This document shows positions 14,170-22,623 of a stretch of 64,000 bases of DNA, piece by piece. The position numbers and the translations under genes were made by a program. The notes under the pieces are model-generated. The model was not told the origin of the DNA, ran no database searches, and was given only the letters and a program-made list of their open reading frames with translations. The DNA lies in the NCBI GenBank assembly GCA_903904005.1, contig CAIVAR010000185.1, forward strand, positions 17,052 to 81,051, read 5' to 3'. The first letter of the stretch is position 1; every line of letters begins with the position of its first letter. This DNA is from an uncultured Anaeromyxobacter sp. (GTDB lineage Bacteria > Myxococcota > Myxococcia > Myxococcales > Anaeromyxobacteraceae).

Positions 14170-15840
14170 ATGATCCTGGCAACTTGTGCGGTCGCGCTGC
14201 TGCTTGCCGCGGGGCCCGACGCTCCTGGCGGGGTCCAGAAGGTCCGGATCCGGGTCGACACGTTCGAGCGCAAGCCGATCTCCCGGTTCATCTACGGTCT
14301 CAACTTTCCGGAGTCGGAATCGACCTGGGGAAAGGGAGTTCCGCGAGGGGTCTCCCTGTCGAGAATGGGGGGGAATCGCGTCAGCGCGTACAACTGGGAG
14401 ACCAACGCTTCGAACTGCGGAAACGACTGCGACGGGAAGTTCCCGAACGATGCCTTTCTCGGCGGAGGGGACGAGCCCGGGGGGGCGGTCCGCAAGCGTG
14501 CGGGCTGGGCGTTCGAGCGGGGAGCGGGATTCCTCGCCTCCGTCCCCATGCTGGGCTGGGTCTCGGCCGACAAGGACGGCCAGGTATCCCTTGCCACCCC
14601 GCTCGCCGAGCGCCGCGCGACCCGGTTTCTCCCTTCCCGGGCGCGGAAGGGGGCTCCCTTCGCTGCGCGGCCGGACCGTTCGGACGGCGCGGTCTTCCAG
14701 GACGAGTTCGTCGCCTGGCTGGAGGGGGAGTTCCGGGGTCGCCGCGGCGACCCACTGCGACCCATCTTCTACTCCCTGGACAACGAGCCCGACCTCTGGG
14801 GTTCCACGCACGAGGAGGTTCGCGGGAACCGGCAGGGCAAGGACGGATACGTCCTGACGGGCTACGAGGAACTGGTCTCGCGCTCGGTGGAGTACGCGTC
14901 GGCGGTGAAGGACGTCGCACCGGAAGCGCTGGTGTTCGGACCCTCGGTTTCCAACTGGAACGGATTCGCCAACCTCTTCCACAATGACAAGCCCGACCCG
15001 GCCGGGCGGAAGTTCTTCCTGGAGTACTACCTGGAGGAGATGCGGAAGGCGGGCGAGCGGCAGGGACGGCGGCTGCTCGACGTGCTCGACGTGCACTGGT
15101 ACGCCGAGATCCAGAGCACGAACCATCAGTCCATCGCCAACGAATGGGCGCCGCAGGACGCGGCCATGGTCCAGGCGCGGGTCCAGGCGCCGCGCTCGCT
15201 CTGGGACCCGGCGTTCCGGGAGCGGAGCTGGGTGGACCGGGCGGTCGGAGGTCCGGTACGCCTGATCCCGCGCCTCCGGGAACTGGTGGCCCGGCACTAC
15301 CCCGGGACCCGGATCGCCGTGACCGAGTACTACTACCACCGGGGGGGCGACATCTCCGGTGCGATCGCCCAGGCCGATGCACTCGGGATCTTCGGCAGGG
15401 AAGGGGTGTTCGCGGCCACGCTCTGGCCCCAGGGGTCCCGTTGGGCCTACAAGGGGGACCTCGACAGGACGTACGCCTGCGTCTTCGCCGCCTTCCGCAG
15501 CTACCGCGACTACGACGGGAAGGGAGGGGCGTTCGGGGAGGCCTCGCTGCAGGCCACGACCTCCGACCTCGAGCGGACGAGCGTCTACGCCAGCACCGAC
15601 CCCGAAGGCGCCGGGCCGCTCGTGCTCGTCATCGTCAACCGTTCGGAGCAGCCCGTCGACGCGTCCATCGAGCTCTCGAGCGCGGTCCAGTACGCCCGCG
15701 CGGAGGCCTGGCGTGTCACGGGAGGCATCGGCGCCTGCACGGGCCCCGAGCGGACCCCCGGAGAGATCCCGGTGGAACGGAACGCCCTGGTGGCCAGCCT
15801 TCCACCGCTGAGCATCTCTACGGTCGTGGTGAGGCGGTAG
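14170..15840 (+). CDS. Secreted glycoside hydrolase family 44-like endo-beta-glucanase
   Basis: Signal-like MILATCAVALLLAAG. GH44-type blocks GGNRVSAYNWETNASNCGNDC, YSLDNEPDLW (acid/base Glu) and IAVTEYYY (nucleophile Glu). Confidence 0.8.
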   Translation: MILATCAVALLLAAGPDAPGGVQKVRIRVDTFERKPISRFIYGLNFPESESTWGKGVPRGVSLSRMGGNRVSAYNWETNASNCGNDCDGKFPNDAFLGGGDEPGGAVRKRAGWAFERGAGFLASVPMLGWVSADKDGQVSLATPLAERRATRFLPSRARKGAPFAARPDRSDGAVFQDEFVAWLEGEFRGRRGDPLRPIFYSLDNEPDLWGSTHEEVRGNRQGKDGYVLTGYEELVSRSVEYASAVKDVAPEALVFGPSVSNWNGFANLFHNDKPDPAGRKFFLEYYLEEMRKAGERQGRRLLDVLDVHWYAEIQSTNHQSIANEWAPQDAAMVQARVQAPRSLWDPAFRERSWVDRAVGGPVRLIPRLRELVARHYPGTRIAVTEYYYHRGGDISGAIAQADALGIFGREGVFAATLWPQGSRWAYKGDLDRTYACVFAAFRSYRDYDGKGGAFGEASLQATTSDLERTSVYASTDPEGAGPLVLVIVNRSEQPVDASIELSSAVQYARAEAWRVTGGIGACTGPERTPGEIPVERNALVASLPPLSISTVVVRR

Positions 15841-15867
15841 CCGGGAACCCCTGGCGGGGCACCCGGA

Positions 15868-17364
15868 TCAGCGGGCCGGCCGGAGGGCGGACCGGGTGAA
15901 GTCCCGGAGTTCCCGCCAGTCGACCGCGCGCAGCGCGAGGACCAGGACGACGTAGGCGACCGCGTCGAGCGCGATCCGTGCGGGCCCGAGGGGACGTGCC
16001 AGCAGGTGAACCACCACGACGACGGCGACGGCAGCGAAGGTGCGGAGCAGCATCCGGCGGCTCCGCCTGTCGAAGGCCACGCCGCCGAGCGAGGCCGTCA
16101 AGGCCACCACGACCACGGCCTCCGCTCCCAGCATGGCGAGCGCTGCCCCGGTCCCGGCGCCACCCCACGCGCCGAAATGGTTCTTCGCGACCCCCACGAG
16201 CAGCACGCAGAGAAATGGATTGACCAGGAGTCCGGTCAGCGAGATGCGGGTGACGAACCACTCCTTGCCCGTGACGTTGAGCGCGCAAGCGCTGACGGTG
16301 GCGACGTAGGTCAGCACGTACATCGCGGCGAGAACGCGGAGTTGGTGGGCCGCCGGGGCGTATGCCATGCCGAAGATGAGTCGGATCCAGACGTCGGCCC
16401 CGAGAATGAGGATCAGCGAGGTCGGGACCGCGATGGACACGACCACCTCCATCGATCGGGCCACCGCTTCGCGCATCGCCTCGGGTCCGCGAGCGGAGGC
16501 GCGCACGAAGAGCGGCATGAGCACCCAGCCGACGAGTGGCGTCACGAGGAGGGAGAGCCCGGCGAGGCTGGCTGCCGCGCCGTACCAGCCGAGTTGCTGC
16601 TCGTCACGGATCGAGAAGGAGAGGACCGTCATGTCGATGCGGCCATACGCGGTGAAGGCGATGGTGTTCAGGTAGAAGGGGACGCCGATCACCACCGACC
16701 GCCAGGCCGCAGGAATGTCGACGTGAAACCGGAGGCCCACGTCACGGCGGGCCAGGGCATAGGTCGCAGCGGCCTTTGCCGTCTCGGCGACGAGGAGGGC
16801 GACGGCCACGGCCTCGAGAGGGTAGGGCGTCGCCATCCCGATGAGCACGCCGGAGGCCCAGAGGAGCTTGGAGGCCACGTTGACCATGGAGAGCCCGCCC
16901 ACCACGCTCCGCGCGTGGAGTACGGCCGAAGCGGTCAAGCCGATGCTCATGACGAACTGGGCCAGGCCGAAGAGGAACACCAGTCGCCAGACCACGCCCG
17001 GCTGCCGCGTCACCTGGAGGATCAGCGCCATGGCCGCGAGGACCAGCAACGAGAGCCCGGCACGCAGTACCACCACGCCCCCGAAGAGTGCGGTGGCCAT
17101 CTCGGGATGGACCGGCACCTCCTTCCGGATCTGGGTGTCGATCCCGAAGGCGATGAGGACGAAGGCGGTGGCGGTGAAGGCGTCGGCGAAGTTCATCCAG
17201 CCGAAGGCTGCCGGACCGAGTTGACGCGGAAGCAGGATGCGGATCCCGATGGCGATCGCCCAGGTCAGCAGCAGCGACCCCCCCAGGCGGACCCCGCTGC
17301 GCAGGGCCACGGCGGCGTCGCTCGCTGCCGGTTCCTCACGGCGCTCGGCTTCGCGGGTGGGCAC
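15868..17364 (-). CDS. Wzx-type polysaccharide flippase (MOP/PST family)
   Basis: 498-aa polytopic membrane protein with about 12+ hydrophobic segments and the typical PST N-terminus (GGSLLLTWAIAIGIRILLPRQLGPAAFG). Confidence 0.8.
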   Translation of the reverse strand: MPTREAERREEPAASDAAVALRSGVRLGGSLLLTWAIAIGIRILLPRQLGPAAFGWMNFADAFTATAFVLIAFGIDTQIRKEVPVHPEMATALFGGVVVLRAGLSLLVLAAMALILQVTRQPGVVWRLVFLFGLAQFVMSIGLTASAVLHARSVVGGLSMVNVASKLLWASGVLIGMATPYPLEAVAVALLVAETAKAAATYALARRDVGLRFHVDIPAAWRSVVIGVPFYLNTIAFTAYGRIDMTVLSFSIRDEQQLGWYGAAASLAGLSLLVTPLVGWVLMPLFVRASARGPEAMREAVARSMEVVVSIAVPTSLILILGADVWIRLIFGMAYAPAAHQLRVLAAMYVLTYVATVSACALNVTGKEWFVTRISLTGLLVNPFLCVLLVGVAKNHFGAWGGAGTGAALAMLGAEAVVVVALTASLGGVAFDRRSRRMLLRTFAAVAVVVVVHLLARPLGPARIALDAVAYVVLVLALRAVDWRELRDFTRSALRPAR

Positions 17365-17379
17365 CTGCGTCCGGGTCCG

Positions 17380-17925
17380 TCAGGGCGTCGACGCAGCAGC
17401 GGCGTCGACGTCCTTGCGAGGGCGGATGGTGGCTGGAATGCCTGCTGCGACGGAGTCGGGAGGGACGTCCTTGAGGACGACGGCGTTGGCGCCGATGCGG
17501 GACCGGGCGCCGATCCGGATGGGCCCCAGGATCCGTGCTCCTGCGCCGATCCAGACGTCTTCCTCGATCACCGGGTAGCCGTCGTCGCGTACCGTCCCCA
17601 CGGTGTTGTTCCCGTAGAACCGGACCCGGTCGCCGATGCGGGCGTCCCCGCCGATGATCACCCCGAGGCTGTGAACGAAGTAGACACCCCGGCCGAGCAC
17701 CACGCGGGAGTCGATCTCGATCGAGAACATGGCGGTCTGCACCATGCGCAGGATGTGGTTGACGAGCGGGATGTGCAAACGGCGGGACGCCTCCCGGATC
17801 CGGTTGAGGAAGGTGATCCGGTAGGAATCGCTCCCGAAGACGAGGCGTGCGATCGCTCGGGGCGTCGTCTGCCCGGTGGCGGCCGTGGCCAGCTGGATGG
17901 CGTCGTCGCGAAGGGCGCTGAACAT
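17380..17925 (-). CDS. Serine-O-acetyltransferase-like LbH O-acetyltransferase
   Basis: Start trimmed to MFSALRDD. CysE-like helical N-terminal region plus hexapeptide repeats (GVYFVHSLGVIIGGDARIGDRVRFYGNNTVG...IGAGARILGPIRIGARSRIGANAVV). Confidence 0.85.
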   Translation of the reverse strand: MFSALRDDAIQLATAATGQTTPRAIARLVFGSDSYRITFLNRIREASRRLHIPLVNHILRMVQTAMFSIEIDSRVVLGRGVYFVHSLGVIIGGDARIGDRVRFYGNNTVGTVRDDGYPVIEEDVWIGAGARILGPIRIGARSRIGANAVVLKDVPPDSVAAGIPATIRPRKDVDAAAASTP

Positions 17926-17933
17926 CCGGAGCC

Positions 17934-19406
17934 TCAGGAAGCCTCTCCCCGTCGCGAGACGGGGTTCCGGACCAGGCCGCCGATCCCCCACGGCCGCGGG
18001 AGGACGCCCCTCCAGAAGTCGAGGAGCGCGGTTCCCAGGATCGCGAGGACGGCGCCGCCGAGGATGCCCGCCACGATCAGCAGCGGGACGTTCGGCTTGG
18101 AGGGCTTCTTCGTGACCTCGGCAGGGCGGATCACGACATAGCGGTAGGCAAAGGCGGCCCGCGCGGTGTCGAGCTCGATCCGCGCGGCCTCGATGCGGCC
18201 GGCCAGGCTCTCGTACTTCTGCAGGGCGTAGTCGAGCTGGGTCCGCCAGTACTGGACCGTTTCGCTCTCCTGCTCCTTGCGGCCCTCCCTCGCGAACGCC
18301 GGGGCGACCGGCCTGCTACCGGAGGAACCTCCGGTCCGGCGCGTGTCCAGATCGGCGGCCGAACCGCCGCGAGCGGTGAGCTGGGCGAGGAGGTCCCGCT
18401 CGTCGCGACGCAACTGGGCCACCTGCGGGGAGTCCTTCTGCAGGGACTGGATGCTCTCGGTCGTGGCGACCACGAGGGGATGACTCCGGGTGTAGCTTGC
18501 CGAGAGCTCCGTGAGCTGCGACTGCAGCTCGACCAGGCGGCGCTGCCGGTACTCCTCCAGGTCCTGGAGGGCTCGCCGCTTGGCCACGAGCATCACCCGA
18601 AGGTTGGCAACCTCGGGAGAGACGGTGGCCTCGCCGTCCACGCGCGTCGGCTGCCGGGTCGCCGGGGAAGCGCGGCGGGACTCCCGCTCCTTCTCGAGCT
18701 CCGACATCGCGGTGTCGACACGCCCCCTGGCCGTCGCCGCGTGCCCCTCGAGGATGGAGATGGCCTCGGCGATCGTGGAAACCTCGATCGCGTGCCGGGT
18801 CTCGAGGAAGTTCTGCTGGGCGAGTGTGACGAGCTGGTAGGCCATCCGGGGGTCCGACCACTCGATCCCGATGGTGATGACCCCATCGCCCGTGGTGACC
18901 TTGAGCCGCTTCTCGAGGAGGTAGACCAGGGCCCGACGCTGCTCCTCCAGATCGGGCGTACCCGAGACCAGGGACGTCAGCCAGTCCTTGGCGCGGTTGA
19001 GAAACGGGCGCTCCCTCTGCCAGGCGGCGAGCAGGTCCGTCTGGTCCATCAGGACGAGGAGATTGTCCCTGCGGAGGATGGTCTCGGCGGCGGCCCGTGT
19101 CGGGGCGTCTGCATCCAGCGGGATCGAACGGTTCGGATTCCCGAGGGCAGGCATGATGAGGTTTCGGGACGCCAGGATCCGCGCCTCGGTGTAGTAGGTG
19201 CGAGGAAGGAGAACCGCCGCGGCGATGGCGATGGCGACCACCAGGACGAAGATCGTGGCCGCAAGCACGGGATGCCGGCGCGGTGCCCCGCACACGAAGA
19301 CGACGTCATGCCCGAGGGCCGGCCAGTCGAAGAGCGGTCCGTCGCCTCCCGGGGACGAAGGGGGGAAAGACGGATCGACGCGATGAAGTGGGGTGTCGTT
19401 GGCCAT
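17934..19406 (-). CDS. Polysaccharide co-polymerase (Wzz/GumC-like chain-length determinant), no kinase domain
   Basis: Start trimmed to MANDTPL. Two TMs flank a coiled periplasmic region. Clear paralogy to the N-terminal half of 2877..5936 (RRDNLLVLMDQTDLLAAW; AFAYRYVVIRPAE). Confidence 0.8.
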   Translation of the reverse strand: MANDTPLHRVDPSFPPSSPGGDGPLFDWPALGHDVVFVCGAPRRHPVLAATIFVLVVAIAIAAAVLLPRTYYTEARILASRNLIMPALGNPNRSIPLDADAPTRAAAETILRRDNLLVLMDQTDLLAAWQRERPFLNRAKDWLTSLVSGTPDLEEQRRALVYLLEKRLKVTTGDGVITIGIEWSDPRMAYQLVTLAQQNFLETRHAIEVSTIAEAISILEGHAATARGRVDTAMSELEKERESRRASPATRQPTRVDGEATVSPEVANLRVMLVAKRRALQDLEEYRQRRLVELQSQLTELSASYTRSHPLVVATTESIQSLQKDSPQVAQLRRDERDLLAQLTARGGSAADLDTRRTGGSSGSRPVAPAFAREGRKEQESETVQYWRTQLDYALQKYESLAGRIEAARIELDTARAAFAYRYVVIRPAEVTKKPSKPNVPLLIVAGILGGAVLAILGTALLDFWRGVLPRPWGIGGLVRNPVSRRGEAS

Positions 19407-19504
19407 TCCAGGAGAACTCACTCGATGTTGGCCGGCACGATAGGCGACTCCGGGCGCGAGCGCCACCCATGCGGTGAGGGGACGTCCGGGAGGCGGCGGC
19501 AGGT

Positions 19505-20974
19505 TCAGGGAGGGGGGTTCAGCACGATCACCGAGGGGGCCTCGGCCGTCGCGAATCCCGGGGGATCGTTGCGGGTGTACACCACGTTGTCGAGGGTCAC
19601 CGGGCCGGAGACGTCCCAGTAGCCGATGGCCCCGCCCGCCCCTGCCTGCTCGGGCACGGTGACGACGTTGCCGGTCATCACGGAGTTCTTGAAGGTGACC
19701 GGGCCCGAGTGGTGCATCATGAAGGCTCCCCCTGCCACCACGGCCATGTTCCGGTCGAACACCATGTCGGTCCAGATCGGCTGGATGGAACCGCTCAGGG
19801 TGTTGAAGTAGATGGCCCCTCCCTTCGACTCCGGGGAGTCGGTCGAGACCGCCCGGTTGTTGCGGAGCATGAGGCCGTTGAGGTGGAGGTCGCTGTACTT
19901 GAGGCCCGCGTAATCCTCGGGAGCGCCCGCCGTCCAGGCGGTGGCGCCGTAGACGTACAGTGCCCCGCGCGAATCGTTGTAGACCGCGTCTCCGAACGAG
20001 CGGAGTCGCGACCGGTCCTTGACGACGTTCTCGATGATGCAGTTCTCGAGGTGGTAGTCCCCCACGTCCGGCGCGGTCCCGATGGCCCCGGTTCCGTTCC
20101 AGATCCGGATCCCGTACCAGCCTGCGACCGGGTCCTCGGCGGTGAAGAGGATGTCCCGCTGGGCGGGAGAAGTCCCACGAGCGTCGATGATCCCGGGCCC
20201 CTCCATCCGGTAGTGCCCCTGGAACCGGACCTGGACCCCGGGCCGGATGGTCAGCCTGTTACCGGACGGAATGTAAACGTCCCCGAACACGCGGTAGGGA
20301 GAGCCCGCCGAGGTCCACGTCTGCGTTCGGATGGCCCCGGCCTGGACGGCCGTGCCCGTACCACCGGCGACGGTGACCGCGGCCGACCCACTTCGCGTGG
20401 GGTCGGCGACCGAGGTGGCCACCACCGTGCATACTGCCGACCAGGCGGGAGCCTGCAGGAGTCCCGAGGCGCTGATGGTTCCGCAGGAGGCCCCCTCCTT
20501 CAGCGACCAGTTCACGGTGCCGTTGGAGGCGTTGGCCACCGTCGCGGTGAACTGCTGGACCCCGGATGCGGGAACCGACGAGACCGAGGGGGTCACCGTC
20601 ACGGTGACCGGGAGCGAGGAGCCAGTGACGAGCACGGTCGCCGTGGCCCGAACGGTGGGGTCGGTGGCGCTCGCCACCACGACGTGGAAGCTTCCAGCCG
20701 CTGCCGGCGCCGTGTAGAGGCCGGATGAGGTGATCGATCCACCCGTGGAGCCCTCCTGCACCGTCCACGCGACCGACCGGACGGAGACCGGGGCACTCAC
20801 CGTGAACGTCTTCGTGGCGAGAGCGGGTACCGTCGCCGACGGGGGCTGGACGACGAGACCCGTGCCGTCCACGGGGCCCGGCCCCTCGGAGGTTCCCCCG
20901 CATCCCTGGAGAAGCCCGGCGACGAGCGAGAGACGGAGGAGCACCGCTGCGTGGCGTCGTTCGATGATGGCCAT
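19505..20974 (-). CDS. Lipoprotein: 2x Big_2 Ig-like + right-handed parallel beta-helix domain (polysaccharide lyase/hydrolase-like)
   Basis: Start trimmed to MAIIERRHAAVLLRLSLVAGLLQGCGG (lipobox). Big_2 repeats are paralogous to those of 6193..8979. The C-terminal half has beta-helix-like repeats (NCIIENV, GGAIYFN, GGAFMMHHSGPVTFKNSVMTGN, GGAIGYW). Confidence 0.75.
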   Translation of the reverse strand: MAIIERRHAAVLLRLSLVAGLLQGCGGTSEGPGPVDGTGLVVQPPSATVPALATKTFTVSAPVSVRSVAWTVQEGSTGGSITSSGLYTAPAAAGSFHVVVASATDPTVRATATVLVTGSSLPVTVTVTPSVSSVPASGVQQFTATVANASNGTVNWSLKEGASCGTISASGLLQAPAWSAVCTVVATSVADPTRSGSAAVTVAGGTGTAVQAGAIRTQTWTSAGSPYRVFGDVYIPSGNRLTIRPGVQVRFQGHYRMEGPGIIDARGTSPAQRDILFTAEDPVAGWYGIRIWNGTGAIGTAPDVGDYHLENCIIENVVKDRSRLRSFGDAVYNDSRGALYVYGATAWTAGAPEDYAGLKYSDLHLNGLMLRNNRAVSTDSPESKGGAIYFNTLSGSIQPIWTDMVFDRNMAVVAGGAFMMHHSGPVTFKNSVMTGNVVTVPEQAGAGGAIGYWDVSGPVTLDNVVYTRNDPPGFATAEAPSVIVLNPPP

Positions 20975-21163
20975 CGGGTACATTAGACAGCATCCCCGTG
21001 CCGCCCGAATCCCCCAGTGGAGTCGCATACCTGGGCGTACACGGTCGGAGGGCATCCCCGCGAGACTCCACGGGTAGGACGCAGGCCCACTCGGCCGGTT
21101 CCCCGCCGGGGCTCCCTGGATACCCGGGAGGGCCGCTCCCGCGCACGGAAAACCGGCGGGCAG

Positions 21164-22450
21164 CTACCCGCGCCGGGCCGCGCGCCAGGCGGCGCGAGGA
21201 TGGCGCAGCGTCGCCCGTGCCTCGCGCAGGACCTCGACCAGGCCCGGTGCGAGGTCCTCCGCGTCGATGCACGGGTCGGTGACCCTGCCCGCGTGCTGCC
21301 GCAGCCATCCGTTCCAGCGGGCTGCCTCGCCCGGGGGGGCCGACCCGGCGAGTCGCCGGAGGAGCAGGTGGCTGCGGAGCTGCACCCGGTTGCAGAAGGT
21401 TCGACCGGTGCGGCGCGCAGCCGCGTCCCGGGCTTCGGCGGCGACGCGGTCGAGCGCGGGCCCGTCGTCGATCGCCGCCAGATAGGCGAGGAGGGGGAGG
21501 TTCACCCCCCGGTCGACGTCGAAGGCCATCTGCCCGAAGAAGCGGGGGTTGAAATCGATGACCTGGCGTCGCCCCCCCACCTCCACGAACTCGACCTCGA
21601 ACACCCCGTCGAGCCCGACCCTGTGGCAGAGCCGCTCGACGCCTGCGGCCAGGTCGGCCAGGACCTCGGCCTCCTCGAAGCAGAGCCCCGTGCCGAGCAG
21701 TCTCGGGCGCTGCAGGATCTTGCGCGACGCCTGCACGACGAAGATCCGGCGGGCGCGGTGCACGAAGCCGCTCAGGCTGTAGATGCCCTCCGCTGCGGAC
21801 GGCGCGAAGGCCTGCAGGAGGGGACGCGCGGCACCCGGATCGATGGCCAGGAGCGCCGGCTGAACCTGCGTCGACCGACACAGGTCGGTGTAGAGCCCTC
21901 GGAGCTCGGACGCAGAGTGGACGACGCGTCCCTTCTGGTGCGGCCAGAGCCCAACCTGGGTCTGGGGCTTCACGATCAGGGGAAAGGTCGCTTCCCGGGA
22001 GAGCCGGTCCAGGGCATCGTCGTTCTCGGGAAGGGCTGTCCAGGGCGCGTCCAGGCCCGAACCCAGGCAGGCCTCCCGGAGTCGCCACTTGTTGAGGACG
22101 GAATAGACCGCTTCGAGGTCCGGGACCGCCAGCCGGAAGTGTGGCGCGAGCCTTTCCCGGTGGACGGCGAGCAACCACTCCAGTCCGTCGCTCGTGGGCA
22201 GGATCACGGTTCCGGGCATGCGCCGGCCCAGCGCGACGAGCCAGTCGACGAACGCGGCAGGAGCGGTTTCAGGGTCTGGGCAGATGGGCGTCGCGGTTGC
22301 GTGACGTGACCATCGGGCGGGCGACAGCCTTGCGGCGTCGGCGACCCACACCGCGACCCCGGCGCGGCCCAGCGCGCGCACGCCGGCGAGCGTACCGTAG
22401 TACTCCGCCATGGTGAGCAGCGCGGCCGGCCTGTCAGCAGGCATCGTCAT
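21164..22450 (-). CDS. ATP-grasp family carboxylate-amine ligase
   Basis: ATP-grasp-like layout: N-terminal Rossmann-like GVRALGRAGVAVWV, then PLIVKP, then EVEFVEVGGRRQVIDFNPRF. Start options are GTG 22468, ATG 22450 and ATG 22444. Confidence 0.75.
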   Translation of the reverse strand: MTMPADRPAALLTMAEYYGTLAGVRALGRAGVAVWVADAARLSPARWSRHATATPICPDPETAPAAFVDWLVALGRRMPGTVILPTSDGLEWLLAVHRERLAPHFRLAVPDLEAVYSVLNKWRLREACLGSGLDAPWTALPENDDALDRLSREATFPLIVKPQTQVGLWPHQKGRVVHSASELRGLYTDLCRSTQVQPALLAIDPGAARPLLQAFAPSAAEGIYSLSGFVHRARRIFVVQASRKILQRPRLLGTGLCFEEAEVLADLAAGVERLCHRVGLDGVFEVEFVEVGGRRQVIDFNPRFFGQMAFDVDRGVNLPLLAYLAAIDDGPALDRVAAEARDAAARRTGRTFCNRVQLRSHLLLRRLAGSAPPGEAARWNGWLRQHAGRVTDPCIDAEDLAPGLVEVLREARATLRHPRAAWRAARRG

Positions 22451-22623
22451 GTCGTCGGCTCCCTCCACCCGAGCGCGATGTTTACCACGAGGCTGGACCC
22501 GTGCCGACGCCTCCCGGGCGCGGCGGCGTCGGGAGGCGACCCTTGATCACGGGACTCGTTCTGGCACTCGCAATCCTGCAAATGGAGGCGCCCGGCCCCA
22601 CGCATTCGTTAGAAAGCGGTCAC

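Noticed and set aside
20259-22178. 639-aa (-) ORF spanning the beta-helix lipoprotein 5' end, the intergenic region and the ATP-grasp 3' end
   Set aside because: It crosses two well-supported genes in another frame and has R/P/G-rich composition.
22562-22580. TGGCACTCGCAATCCTGCA upstream of the FemAB/CelD-like gene, which looks like a sigma-54 -24/-12 promoter
   Set aside because: The spacing between GG and the only usable TGC/GC is 15 nt instead of the strictly required 12, and the nearer GC is too close.
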